From Phoronis australis (lineage: Eukaryota; Animalia; Phoronida), in NCBI GenBank assembly GCA_002633005.1, contig NMRA01000006.1, positions 1,975,469 to 2,039,468 on the forward strand: a stretch of 64,000 bases of DNA, given 5' to 3'. Position 1 is the first letter of the stretch. Each line of letters begins with the position of its first letter. Below, in pieces: positions 23,433-38,400 of the stretch. The translations under genes and the position numbers were made by a program. The notes beneath the pieces are model-generated. The model saw only the letters and a program-made list of their open reading frames with translations. It had not been told where the DNA came from and searched no databases.

Positions 23433-26400
23433 GTGAGCACTCATAGTTTACACATAACATAGATTTGTCATGAGGACTTGACAGGCACCTCAGGTGTCTC
23501 ACACTCCACTGATTTATCCACATTATTTTGAAAACGCTTTGCCCAGTCACACATTGTGTGTCATAAAAGAGATAAGCATACCCGCAGCTGACGCAGCAAG
23601 TAGAACTACTCTCGTTTATCACATTGGTGTAGACTCACAGTTGAACTGTGGTTTTCTGTTGACCCCAGACCGTCCGGAGTTGCTCCATATACCAACTCCA
23701 GATGGTCTCTCACGACGATTTAGCTTTATGTGTCGTATATCTTTATTAGCTAATTGTAAGCACTCATGATTAGTTTACATGTCGTATATCTTTATTGGAG
23801 ACTTAAACTTTAGCTAATTGTAAGGATCATGGTGTCCTACAGTTCATAACAGAAAATTTTGAAGGTAGTAATTGTTATTTTGTGCATCACACTATATAAC
23901 TCAATTTACCATTTTCATCGTGGGGTAGCATTCAACTACTGTTTTTGATACTGGAATCATTTCATTTGAAATATAGAATCCTCTTCATATGTTTGCCTTT
24001 AATGTAATAGCTCGAAAGTGTTAAAAATATTCACTGTCCTTTGCAGGTGTTGGTGCCGATGCTGTGTAACGAGCGAAACCATGACCAATGGCCACACGTG
24101 GTCAGTTCAGATGTCAAGCGTCATGTACACACGCTCAAGAATAACGTCTACGTGGTTGCCGGACAGGTCAAGGGTAAGACCCTACTTCCCCTGCCCGTGG
24201 GTACAGAGAAAGTACAGGCTGCTGAGATGGAAGAGGAAGAAAAGTAAGTTAAGGGCTTCAGATTTTTATTTTAAAATGCATTTTACATTATTTATGCTAT
24301 GATTATGGTTAATGATGATCTTCATATGCTCTGGTCGGAGTACTTGTTTCTTTGAGCAGTGTTACATGAAGAGTTAAAAAATGACATTTTGTACATCTAG
24401 CATTTACAAACTTGTTCAACTTCAAGCTGGTATTAATTTTATTTTCTTCTTATGTCTGTGAGTGTCTGTTTGACAAATAGTGAATTTTACTTTATGTTTT
24501 TGAATGCCATTGTAATGATGATGGTATTCTTTTCACTGCCATTCTCCTTGCAGATCCGACACTGTCGACCGAGCTCTCATTCATTCCATTGAGTCTGTCA
24601 TTATCGACTGGACTCACCAGATCCGTGATGTGCTGAAGAAGGACTCTGCTCAGGCATTGCTGGAGGGACTCAACCCTCCACCCAAGGTGGAGCTGGAGTT
24701 CTGGAAGAACAAGGCACAGAATCTTGAGTGCATCTTCGAGCAACTTCGTGACCCCAAAGTTCGCAAGATGGCCGAACTGCTGGAGAAGACCAACAGCAGC
24801 TACTTTCCTTCCTTCAAGAACATCTTCCGTGATGTCGTGGCTGGTAGGTGTTGTACTGTAACACTGTCTTTGCATTGAAAGAACAAGTTAATAGTTAGAA
24901 ATTTATATTTAAATTAAAGCAGACATTTTTGTGCTTGTTGTCTAATCCTTAGCAGTCTTCTTTTTTTTTAGTTCAGCCTAATTGCACTCCATTTTAACAT
25001 GGTTTCACAAATGGAATGTAACATTTTAGGACAAGGTCTTATGAAAAGGCCAAAACTCTCTGGGAACTCTGTCGCCAGGGTTTATAACGGCTGTCAATTG
25101 TTTTTGTCTAGTCCGGTGAAGCTTCTTTATTTATGCTGCCCATGCTTGCCGGGGTTTTCCTGTACTCGCCGTTCATCACTTATCAATTTTTTACTGCAGC
25201 ACTTGAGGAAGCGAAGGACATCAACCTCTATCTCAGTCCACTGAGAAACCACTTCGATGACCTGGAGCAAGCCGAGTTCGACGAGAGCGAGAAGCTGATT
25301 GCCCCTCTTTACACAGTTATTTGTTTGATCTGGGCCAACTCAAAGTATTACAACACCCCTGGTAGGGTCATAGTGTTGTTGCAGGAGGTGTGCAACCTCT
25401 ACATTGAACTGGTGAGTGGGTAAAGAAAACTTGGTTATGAAAGCACGGGGTCACAGTCGTGTGCATTTGCTTTGGTGACAGTGATTGTGACAGTGACGAT
25501 TTGTTGCTTTTTGAGGCTCCATCATTATTACTCTATGCATTGTTTCTATGTATTGTACTTGAAATTGCGTGTCAGTTCTCTGGTGGTTTCAGAAACGATA
25601 AAGTTAGAGTTGGCTTCATCAGTACCACTGTCTGAGGTAGATTAGGAATTATGTGTAAGGTTCATAATGTAAACTGCTCGACAAAATTCAATCGTGTTTT
25701 GCACAGACATGCTGCAAGTTGAAAGAGAAATGTGTATGTTCATTTGATGAATACTTAAACAAGCAACTTGTTGTCTCCCCTGGTAGTGTGAGACGTTTCT
25801 GGAGCCCAGTGACCTGTTTAAGGGAGAACCAGAGGAGACCATCGAGAAGGTGAACAAGGCTTTACAAATCCTGCAGGCATTCCGTGATGCCTTCAACGAG
25901 TACCGCGATAAGGTGAAAACCTTCTTCAAGGACGGCCAGGAGCCCATCCTGTGGGAATTTGAGGACACCCTTGTCTTCCATCGGTTTGATAAATACCTGG
26001 AGAAAGTCAAGACAGTCCAGGTGGGTTTCTGTGAAATGCTTTGTTATTTTATATCCCGTGATATCAACAGCAGAGAATTTACAAAACAAATGCAAAAAGC
26101 CAATTGTTGTTGATGACATTGCTTTTCCATAATTAAAACATCACAAATCTTGCACATTTTTTAATCCAAAACATTCTTCTACATGAAAAACAATAGGATA
26201 TCTATGAAGTTACTACAGGTTTGGTACCTATCAAATTTCACACAGTGTAGCTGTGGTAAATGCTATGTATTTTTGAAATAATAGCATTGAATGTGACATA
26301 ACATTCAGAAATTTAAATTTTGGAACCACTAGATACACTGAGCACCATTTTTCCAGTGGGAAATGTGTATTGCAATGTAGAGAAATATAATTGATGCTTT

Positions 26401-29400
26401 TGTAGAGGTGCTTTGCCTCGTTTTTTTTAATGTGATTAAAAATATTTCTGCTCAGGTAGTATATGTTTCAAAAATGAAACCATGATCTGTAAAGCATGTT
26501 AGTTTATAGTAAGTCTTAGAACAATAACTGTTGGAAGGTTTTGTGAACTTTCAAAATGTTCTTGTGTTCACACTGTCAACTTGACTATTTGTCTGTGTTC
26601 TTTTGACAGGAACTGTTCATGACAACTATGGAGTTTCTGAAGCTGGAGAAGATTGACTTCTCGGGTATGAAAGGCAACATGCTGAGCACGCAGGTGTTGG
26701 GCATGTTTAACGAGTTCGAGGAACTGTGGAAGATGTTTTCTGAACGCAGTTACAATCCGCTGGATATCACTCATGATGTGAGTAGTATAGCTCTGAATCA
26801 ACACTGGTCTATGAATTGAGTTAATGCACTAATGCAAATTGTTGTTGCCAATAGCGTTCTTTGTAAAATCTATTGAAGGATTCCTGTGCCATTTTAAGGG
26901 ATTATGTGAATTGTTTGATTGAACAAATGTCTAGACTGTACAATTTACTGTACTGTACGAATTAGTGGAAGAATAACTGTATGTTTATCAATTAGTTATG
27001 AACTGGTTGAGGTACATAACATACCATTTACTCTCAGTGAAAACAAGTTGTTTGTCTTTTGATGGTTGTAGTTAATTTCTAACCAATTTGACATGTTGGG
27101 GAAAAAGAAGTGCAACCTGCTCCTGAACAAGTGTTACAAAGTTCTCAACAGATTTTTTGTTCTTATTTGCAATCCCTTATTTGCCGAATGTTCCGTAGTT
27201 TACTCCAGTGGTTATCCGAGCTGCCATCTGTTGAATATCCGTGTTCCTTTTCCTCACAGGAGTTTGACAAGGACTACGAACACTTCCTTGCGACCATTGC
27301 CGACTTAGATCGACGCCTTGGTTCCATCATCTGTCAAGGCTTTGCGGATTGCTCTGGACTGGAAGCAGCATTCAAGGTAGGTGCTGTCATTTTCTAGTTG
27401 CACTATTTACTCATTAAACCATATAACCATAAAATAAAAAGCGAGTTTTTCATGCTTATTAAAATGAGCCCAGTTCTTGTCATTGGATTGGATGCTGTGA
27501 AACAGCAGTTCACGCTCAGCATTATAGATGGGGCTAAGTGGTTTGCCCCTATGATTTTGAATTTTTAACCTTTCTAATCTATAAAAGAAAAATTGAACAC
27601 ATTTCTGAAAATATAGAACTGTTGGCACTAATTTATGATTATTACATTTTGTCATCAGGTCTAATGTGTGTGTGTGCGTCCTTGCACGCGCGCGCTTGTG
27701 TTATCAGTTCTAATTCTTATTTGTTTCATTGCAGCTGATTGACATTTTTGGCTCTTTGCTTGAACGTCCGGTTATCGCAGCCATCTTTGATGACAAATAC
27801 CCCATCATTGTGACCATGATGGGGGAGGAGCTAGACATTTCCAAAGAGATCTACGACAAGCAGATGTCAATCAGAAACGAGCGAGGACAAATCATGATCC
27901 AAAAGAACATGCCGCGGGTCTCTGGAAGCCTAAAGTGGGCAGCTGAGTTGAGGGGTCGCATTGCCGCCCCTATGAGCAGATTCAAGCAGATTGAGCACCC
28001 GTAAGTTATCTTATCTATTCAATTAGTGTTAGCATGAATGGCAATGTTAGTTATTGAAATCTTACATGACACAGTTGTTTCAAAGCACCAAGACCACAAC
28101 GTTGAAATTACAATGTATTATACTTAGATTTTTGTTATTGACTAAGTGTAGGTAATATTTAAGTTCAAGTACAGCAAATTTTCATTTTTTAAGTGCTCAT
28201 AATTGGCCATCAGTTTTAATATTGGCTTGTTTAGATTAAGTGTATAGCCATCATATTCCTGTCTTGTGAAAATATGTATTGCTCGGTGATTTGAGTCAGT
28301 ACACATTTTGGCAGTCTTTATATTTTTTTTTTGTCTTATCTATCGTCTCTGTTTACTTCAGTTGCATGAACAGTCTAGAGGCACGCAAAGTCTTTGAGAA
28401 ATATGATGAAATGTTGGCCTTGCTGGCACAGTTTGAGAAAATGTGCTATGATGAATGGACGGCCGGAGTGGACGAGGCTTGTCAGTTCAACCTGAATCAA
28501 CCACTTATCCTCAGAAATGAGGAGACCAAACTCATCGCTGTCAACTTTGATCCTCAGGTACATTTTATTTTTTGTCTGTATTGAGCTTAACTTGAAATTG
28601 ATGCTGTCACTGTTATTTCGTCCAAGAGCATAATAATTAGTTTTTAATGGTGCTTCAAATTATTGGTTGTTGACTATAAATGTCAACGTTAAATACTTAG
28701 TAATACACAGTTTTAAGTGAAGTATTTTATTGTTATTATGGTCATTTATTTGTCATTATTATTGTTATTTTGATGCTGCATGTTTGTCGGCTAATGTTTC
28801 CTGGTAACCCTAGGGTTGAATAGCATTAAAACCATGTGAAACACACATCCGTAATGGATCAGGCATGTTAGACTTACATCTGTTAATTGTTGACATGCAA
28901 TTACTATGTTTAACTGAACAAGCCTCTACAATGTACAGGACAAATGTTTAGCAGTCATTCCTGCTATCAGAATTTGATTCTTGGTTTTATTAAGAATTTC
29001 TGTCTGGCTTGTTGTACTGAATGAGGTGTATCTTCTCAGAGTATGCAAAGTAGTGTTACTAATGCGCAGGCCAAGGAAAATCAACGTTATCTGAAGTAAA
29101 AACTCATTTAAAAGACACGTGATATCCTCTTGCAGCTTGTTGCTGTCTTGCGTGAAGTCAAGTACCTGGAGATCCGTCAGACAGACGATATCCCAGAGAG
29201 TGCTGCCTCCATCTACTCACGTAACGAGACGTTCCGTCAGTTCTTGGCAAACCTTGATCTCATCGTTAAGTGGTACAACAAGGTGCGTCAGACCGTGCTG
29301 GAGGTGGAGTTCCCGTTGATCGAAACTCAGCTGAGCGACATTGACGTTCAGCTGGAAAAGGCAGAGAAAAGTCTCAACTGGAACAGCCCAGGTGAGGACA

Positions 29401-32400
29401 TGATAAGGGGAGAAAACTCAAGCTACATGAACCACACAGCTGCAGTATTTGTAAACATTGTTCCTTTACTTATTAGCTCATCTCCTGGACCTGATGAATT
29501 CAGTTCACTGACTCTCAGATATGGCTCACCGACTGCTAAACATGGTGTCAGACTCACAAAAACGGACTATGCACATAAAATATGAGCGCCGAAAAGTAAC
29601 AAACACAGCTTACTTATTGCCTACCCAACTGGTACGCGGACGTGGTGTTAGTGAGTCGTGTTTGTGAGTCTGGTCGCAATTTTTTTTTGTATGGGCAAGC
29701 TGTGTTCTGTGAATTCGGCACCGTGTTTGGTTGTCAATGATCCCTGTTTGGCAGCTGGTGAGCAGTGTTCAGGAGCCAGTGAACTGAGTAATCGGGCCAG
29801 TGCGACAGTGGTGTTGTTCGGGTAGCCTGAACTCAACATAAATTTAGTTAGATTAATAACTGGACTTTCTTATACTTTATACTAATCCTGTATCTACACA
29901 TGACTGACTTACACCACTCATCTGAAGGAAGGCATTGTGCCATATGCAAATTGGAACTGAGATTTGTAGTACCAGGTATTCCAGACGTCAATATTTTTGT
30001 CAGCTCTTTGTAAGTTGTAGACATGTTGGACACAGCTTTGCAAGCTATGGTAATTGTGCTGTTTTGTCTATGTGATTGTCGTGCCCCTGTGGAACGATGC
30101 GATTTTCACCTGATCATGAGCATTTAGCTGAAACTCAAATGAATGTACATATAATAATAAACACTTTTGATGAAAATGGATTTTGTTTTGTATACACCTG
30201 GACATTCGCATATGTGGATGCTATCGTTGTGACATATCCGTCATGAATTCTTGTTGTGCTTTCAGAGTCATGGGACTACATCCAGGAGACTCGTGACCTG
30301 GTGCACGACCTTGAGACACGAGTCCAACAGGCCAAGGACAACGTGGAGAGCATCCAACAGCTGATGGCGACGTGGAGCAAGCTGCCCCTGTTTGAGAGGA
30401 AGGAAGAAAAGCACCAGTGTCTGCTGGGATTGGACGATCGCGAGGACAAGTGCAAGAAACGCTATGCGGACATTGAGGACAAAGGCAAACAAGTGCACGA
30501 ACTGGTCAAGGTAGGATAATGAAAAGTTTTTTTGGCTTATAGAGTTTATGATGTGACATAATTCATGATGTCATGGTCATAATGAACAGCGCCTTGACAG
30601 TTTTGTCAGGAAAATATACGAGTTGTTTGAAATCTGAGTGAAGAGATGTACTTTATCAGCCATGTCAATGACTCAGTCCTGAGAAAAAGAACTGAGAACC
30701 CGTACCCCTAATGTCCTAGCTGTATTGGTGTGGCATCTGCCAATCAGATTTGAGATCAAGTCGTCCAGTGTCATCTCAACTAGATCTAGGTATCGTACAT
30801 TTTTTGTTGTGATATTAGAAATTTCACTGGGAGTCTTAGCTAGAACTGTATGGTATGTTGTGAAGTCTCGGCCAAAAATTTAAGACTGAAATATAATGGC
30901 ATTGCACACGTATACTGTTTACCTTTTACAATGCTTCCAAAACACTGTTGGGGTAACCTGGTGGAAGGGCTGATGTAAACCAACTCCTAAGAGCATGCAC
31001 AACAAATAACCATGGTGGTTTACTTTTAGAAAAATCTGGACCTGTTCAAAGCAGATGCCGAGACTAACATATGGAAGGCCTACGTGGACTATGTTGATGA
31101 GATGGTCGTTGATGGATTCTTCAACACCATTCACTGCAGTCTCAACTACTTACTGGATCAGACCGATCCCAACAAAACTGTACCTCCACTGTTTGAGGCT
31201 AGTCTGGAATTACAGGTAGGTAGAACACAGTATGTGTTGCGTGACACCTTGCGAATTTTGTACATGATGTGGAAATGAGAAAATCACAGACTTCTAAATA
31301 TGAATGTTAAAAATGCTTGTTTATTGTTAGTGAAAGAACTGAATTATGGGTCACTTTAAAATACTTTTTCTGCTTCAGTTTAGATGAAACCTTCAAAATG
31401 TTAATTTTAATGCGACTACTTAGACTAAAGGTGTTCCCCAATGATGTTCTGTCAATGTGGAAAATGGCATTTGGAGTTGAATGACGCAATACTTCATTTT
31501 CTGCAGTTTAATTAGAAAAAAATGTATAAAACACAGATACTGTATGGCTATATTTAGAAAAATGATACTGTTTTAGTTAAACCTTTTGATTGATGAAAGT
31601 CACCCTGTGCTCCAAGTAGGTAAAAATAACCGAAAAGATATCTTTAGGTATCTTGCTGTGCTTGGCTTTTGTGTTTTGAAATTAAAGCAAGGAATGTGTT
31701 ACAGGTGCCAGATATGGTCTTCACTCCGTCCCTAGACTATGGTGTGGCCGATGGTTTCTTTGACCTTGTCGATGGTCTGGTGGGTGACATATACAAAGAA
31801 TCGTCTCTCATTCCTCGCCTAGCCGCACACAATGGACAGGAGCACTACCAGGTTAGTATTATTGTGTTTGTTGAAGTACAATGTGGCCTCATGTACAGTG
31901 TAACAGTGTGAGGTTTAAACTGTTTGCACATACCTCAGAATGGCCTGTTAGAACTCAGTCATAAATTTGGACATTCTATCATTTAGTATTTGCAGGGGGT
32001 TTCTAGAGTCTGGGCATCCTGCTCAACTACTTATGTGTTGCTGATATGGAGGATTATAAAGCGCCCCCTATGTTTGTCCATTGTTAGATTCCCCTGGTCA
32101 CCATCCTGGATTCAAGCCTGTTTTATTAACAGGAAGCTCTGGTGAGAGGCTCCTTTCAGACAGCCCACTTTCTGAATGAAGCTAGAATAGGCAGTGGGCT
32201 CAAATGATCTGGCGAGACCTCTACAAACTTGGGATTCTTTATCCTTTGGCAGCTGTGCCCTTGTGCCCTATTGCAGCTTTCAAGTGGCTGAACTCTTCAT
32301 TTGACTGTATGCACACACTGTGAATATATGATGATATAATAACCACATTGAACATTTTCTTTTTCTAGCCCGACTTGGAAGATATGGAAGAATTGTCTGA

Positions 32401-35400
32401 AATGAGGAACGACTTGATGGAGCGCGTGCAGACGGTGATGAACAAAGCATGCGAGTACCGCAACTCCTTCGACAACTACGCCTACCTCTGGGTCGATGAC
32501 CGTACCGAGTTCATGCGGCAGTTCCTGCTTTACAATCATGTACTGACCACTGAGGAGATCGAGGCGCACGCAGAAGATGGAGTGCCAGAGTGTCCTCCAA
32601 CACTGGACCAGTTCAAGGAACAGGTACGGGGGAGGGTGTTGTAGTTGGTTCACCAGGGTTGTTTTAGTCGAGGCTTGACCTCTAGTGTAATAGCTTGGGT
32701 GCAATGATATATTTTTGTTTTGCACTTCTGTTGGAGTGATTTTGTCACGACATTTTATTTATGCATTTTGAGAATACAATACGTGCCCTCCCTCTCGTTA
32801 ATTTTTAGAGAAATCCATTTGTTTCTTATATTTTGGAATTACAGTAATAAATGGAATGTTTAAAAACTGTCATGTCATGCATGTGTGTTCCGTACTTCTA
32901 GGTCGACATGTATGAGAAGATCTATGATGAAGTGGAACTGTTTGAAGGAACACAGCACTTTGACAAGTGGTTCCTGGTGAACGCTAAACCATTCAAGCAG
33001 GCGTTACTCAACATCATCAAGAGATGGAGCTTCATGTTCAAGCAGCACTTGATCGATCACGTGACCAACAGGTAGGTAGCCAGTGTGATAACGTGCTGTC
33101 TGGTGTTATTCTTGTTAGTAATGATCACTTTGAAGTTAAACGTTTTTGTTCTCAGAATTCTGACTATTCTATACTTTTTCAACAACTTCTTTGTGGAATG
33201 TTTGGTGAGTTATAAAACAGCATATCACTCCGATAACAGTGGAAATAAATAGTACGTAAGTCAGAAATTCAGTCTTATGCTCCACGCAACTATTTCAGAA
33301 AAATCTCACATAAATGCTAGTTACTGATTGAAGTAATTTCTGTAAATTATTTGTAGACTGTGATGTAGTCAAATTTACTTGACTAAACCTTTATTCAGTA
33401 ATTGGGAAGTGGGAGAGTAAGACTGAATTTCTGTCTTAAGTCTTTTAAGATTCCAATTGCCTTCATTGTCTTACAAAAGAACCCCACTGTCATTGTTAGC
33501 TGCAACTCATTTCTGTGAGCCCTCACATGCATTGAAAATTGGGGTGAAGTTAAGGCTCCATGCATCACCCACCAATTTGGAAACCATCAGTTTTAGTTCA
33601 TGTTTGGGGTGGAACCCTTTGTACTGTTTTGTTAATACAGGGATTTAGCATTGCTAGTTCCACAAAATGACACTGTGGACCAACTAGAGTTCATTGGTTG
33701 CTTTAATAGGAAGATTAAACCGCCATTAACTAAATTTATTCTAGTTAGAATTTTGCAACTTCGGCTTGACCTAATTAGCAGTGCATGGGGTTTAAAAGAT
33801 AAAGCTTACAAATTCTTTTTGTTTGTTCCAGTCTGAGTGAGTTAGCCGAATTCATCAAGGTGGCTGACGAGGGTCTGCAAACCCCTGTGGAGGAGGGTGA
33901 TTACAATGGCCTGGTTGACTGTATGGGTCACCTGTTGGCTGTTAAGGACCGACAGGCAACCACGGACGAAATGTTTGAGCCACTGAAGCAGACAATTGAA
34001 CTTCTGAAGACATACGACCAAGAGATGCCAGAGGAGGTTCACACACAACTTGAGGTAGGTGAAAGGTTTTCTTGATGGTAGAGAGACTAATTCAGGGATG
34101 CGTTCTGTAAATGCAAGAATTTTGCTAGTAAAGCTAGTGTGATCAGGTGCTTGGCTTGTGATGTATAAAGATGCCTGGTGAAGACTTGCGTGTTCTTGCA
34201 TGTTTGTGACGTTCTTGAATTTGTGGAACGCTGGCCATGGTTTCTAAAGAAATACTGCTACGGGTCAAGTTTGCAAACGAATTTGAAATATATGGATCAC
34301 TTGAGGAATGCATTAAAATTGGCCACTAGGAATTTTAATCATCAACATAAACACATTTAAGCACGGACTGGTCTTAGTGCTCATCCGATCAGCCTTTAGT
34401 GGACCTATGACAGAGGACAATTACCTGCTGACGAATGACTGACAATTCAGTTACAATTGTCTTAAAGACATAAAATGATTTACAAAGTAATACGCTCAGT
34501 TAAAGTGACCCAGTTGTTTTGGAACATAATAAAGACTTCCAGACAATGAAGATGACAATTTACCATTTCGATCTTTAGGAACTGCCTGAGCAATGGAACA
34601 ACAGCAAGAAAATTGCAATCACCGTCAAGCAACAGGTGGCGCCTCTGCAGGCTAATGAAGTCGCCAACATCAGGAAGAAGACAGCCTCATTTGACGTTCA
34701 GCAACATGCTTTCAGGGAGGTATTCCGCAAGATTGGACCCTTTTGGTACAACTGTGAAGACCCATATGTGCAGATTGACGAGGTAAATGTTTGTTATGAT
34801 TATTTGATTTGCATAAATTTACATCTTGGGGGATTGTTTTGGAAATAACGATGTATTTATTTTGTCAATGTTTGTGGAATTTTGATTCATTCATTGGTAA
34901 CAATGTATTACTTGTCAGTTGTTACTTATTTTTGGTAATTATTTAATTAAGTAAATTGGTGATGAGGCAGTCATGTCATAAGTATTATGTATGCACAAAA
35001 TTTTATTGAAGACTCACTTATCCATCACACAAATAAATCTCTTCTTAATGACAACCATCAGTTTATGTACTTACAGAAATGTGTATTTCATTTCATGGTT
35101 ATTTATGATGCATTCAGTAGCGATCTTAATGAAAAATGCTTTATCCACAGCAACACCAAGTCATTCACCAGATGGAGAAAGAGATGGACGTACTTCTGGA
35201 ATCAGCTGGTCTCTTTGAGGTCAACACTCCCGACTACAAACAGCTTAAACAGTGTCGCAAGGAGATCAAGCTCCTCAAGACGCTCTGGGATTACGTGTTC
35301 ATTGTTCGCACGAGTATTGAAGACTGGAAGACGACCCCATGGTTAGAGATTAATGTTGAGACTATGGACATGGACTGCAAAAAGTTTGCCAAAGACATCC

Positions 35401-38400
35401 GTGGTCTAGACAAGGAGATGAGAGCCTGGGATGTGTACAGTGGGGTGGAGAATTCCGTGAAGAACATGCTGACGTCACTGAGGGCGGTTGGAGAGTTGCA
35501 GAACTCTGCTATTCGTGATCGTCATTGGCAACAACTCATGCAAGCCACAGGGGTAAGTGGGAGGAGGCGTGTGGAGTGAAAAGTGGTTTAGATTGTTTCA
35601 CAGAGTTTTGGTGGTAATGCGCACATTTGCAGTGTTGCAGCAGTGCAGTTTTCGCAGGTTGATGAAAAAGTAACTGTGGGGTCCTGTATTTTGAGAACCT
35701 GTGTTCTCCATCAGTTTTTTAACTGGCTTTTGATTGCTTAGAGTGTGACTGGCTGCATGATGATTACCATTGCTTAGGCTGCTTTATTTCGACAACTTGG
35801 GTGCAATGAAAAAGAGCTTCCGTGTGTTTTGACTATGAACTCTGCTATGTTGTGTGTTGGTCGAAGTTCAATTTTTTCCTCGAACTTTGTGCCAATCAGG
35901 GATCTCCAGAGGTAACAAGTGTTGCATGTCTAACTTTGCACTTACGACACGAGATTATGATTGTATTGCTGCATGTTATAGTTTGGCACAGTTCCTCACT
36001 CTTTGACTGCATTTTGAAATATGATTTGTATAAGTTGTTACATAGTATAGACATTTATAGATATTTAGTTTGATAGCTTCAATTATTGTTCATTTTCGTA
36101 GTATATTTCATGTTCTGTAGCAGAGAATATTAAATATTATGCAATTATTCATAATGCAATTAAAAGATTTGGTCATTTGTTACAAATGCAAATTAAGCTC
36201 AGGTTGATTTTCAATTTTACATTCACTGATAAGTGCAGCTTTAACTGTTATCAACCTTGACTCGGCAATCCATTCCTAAATGTAGTTGGCAGAGTCCTCA
36301 TCTCACCTGTCTCTTGTCTTCAGGTCAAGTTCACTATGAATGAAGACACAACTCTGTCTGATCTACTCTCACTCAACTTGCACAACTATGAGGATGAAGT
36401 AAGAGGCATTGTGGACAAGGCTGTCAAGGAAATGGGTTTGTATTTGAAATCAACGTCTATAAGCATATATTTACTGTATAGTCGTATGTGCTAGTTCTTT
36501 ATACAGTTCTTCTCTTTTCTGTGGAATGCCTAATGCTTAAAAAGGAAAACTTAGGAAAATCTGTCTTGTGTCATGAATTAATGTCATGGTAAGCTGGTAA
36601 GCTGGCAAGCATGCCGGTTTTGTTACTTCACTTAAAGATGCTATGTCTCATTAAAACCTTGAATATTTACATTTGTAACAAGCGCCACCTAGTGACTTCT
36701 TGTAGAACTGTGTGTACAAATATAATCAGAAAAGAAACAATTTGTAAATAAATAGTGGTTTTAAAGAATACACTACAACTGATACACTTAAAAGAAGTGT
36801 GAGCGTACAAAAAACCCTAGTTATTCCAAATATGCAATCATTATTTGATAGTGAAATAAGCAAATATTAAAAACTGTGCCTTGTTTCATTAGGGTACCGA
36901 TGAAATATTACCATACTCATTTACATAAAAACAATTTCGCAAAATGAGATTTTCGTGAGATTGTAATGGTAACTGGTTCTCGGATTGTTTTGGGCACACT
37001 GGAGGACCTGAGGTTGTTTGAAACTTCATTTGCATATTCACAATTTAATGAGACTATGTATCTTTAACATGTTTTTGGTTTCAAATTACCTAAGTATATA
37101 GTAAGGTGAATTTAAACTTTTGCTGAACTCCGCACTCTGGCCAACTAGACAAAACCATGAGCCATGTCTATTCATTTACATTATACGACTCTTTCAGGTA
37201 TGGAGAAGACACTGAGAGAGTTGAACTCTACCTGGAGTGTGATGGAGTTTGAGCATCAAAAACACCCACGCACAAAGATCACCATGTTGCAGGCGAGCGA
37301 GGAATTGATTGAAACTCTGGAGGATAACCAGGTAGACAGGGGTTGAGGGTGTACCTGGTGTGTGAGAGGGGACGGGTGCAGAGTGTGAGGAAAGATTAGA
37401 GACTGAATGATGGGTTGTAAAAACATTTTGAAATGTATGTCATCTCCAAAATGGCATTAGGAATGATTTAAGAACTTGGAAGGTGTAATGCCACCAATAT
37501 GAACTGCCTGTTGGTGAAAGTTAGTTATCTAAAGTTGGGTAAATCTATTGATCAATAAAATAAAAAGAAAGGTGGTGAAATCACAGATGTGCCAGGACTC
37601 TAGTTTCACATATTTTGAAAGATTGGTCAGGACTTTGTACTTTTGTTCAGCAGACATTTCCTTGTTTGTATATTAATTCTTTTGTAAATTGCATTTGTTA
37701 CTTGGAAATTCACGCTGCCAGTAGTTTCTTAATTTCTTTATGTCATTTCTTGTAACTGAATTGTGCAATGCAAAGAAGTGCGCTTCTAAGTTTATGATCG
37801 TGTCTAATGTGTCTGACTTCGATGATTCTCTTTTCCACAGGTCCAACTTCAGAACATGCTGACTTCCAAGTACATTGCCTACTTCCTGGAGGAAGTGTCC
37901 AGCTGGCAGAAGAAGCTGTCTACAGCTGACTCTGTCATTACCATCTGGTTTGAGGTGCAGCGCACATGGTCCCATTTGGAGAGCATCTTTATTGGCTCCG
38001 AGGATATCCGTAACCAGCTTCCAGAGGACTCCAAACGATTCGACGGCATTGACACAGATTTCAAGGAGCTTGTGTCTGAGGTTGAGAAGACCACCAATGT
38101 AGTTGAGGCAACCAACAAGCCAAACTTGTACGAGAGGCTGGAAACTATTCAAGGACAGCTGGTGTTATGTGAGAAGGCCCTGGCAGAATATCTGGAGACC
38201 AAGCGTCTTGCCTTCCCGCGCTTCTATTTCGTCTCCTCTGCTGACTTGTTGGATATCCTCTCCAATGGCAACAGTCCAGAGTCTGTGAGTATACTTGTCA
38301 ACATTTTGTAATTCTGCTGTACTAAGTTTGACTTTCAAGAATTATTGTTCGCATGGGCTTCATGGAAGAAAAGAATTATGAAAGTGCCCCACTGCTACAC

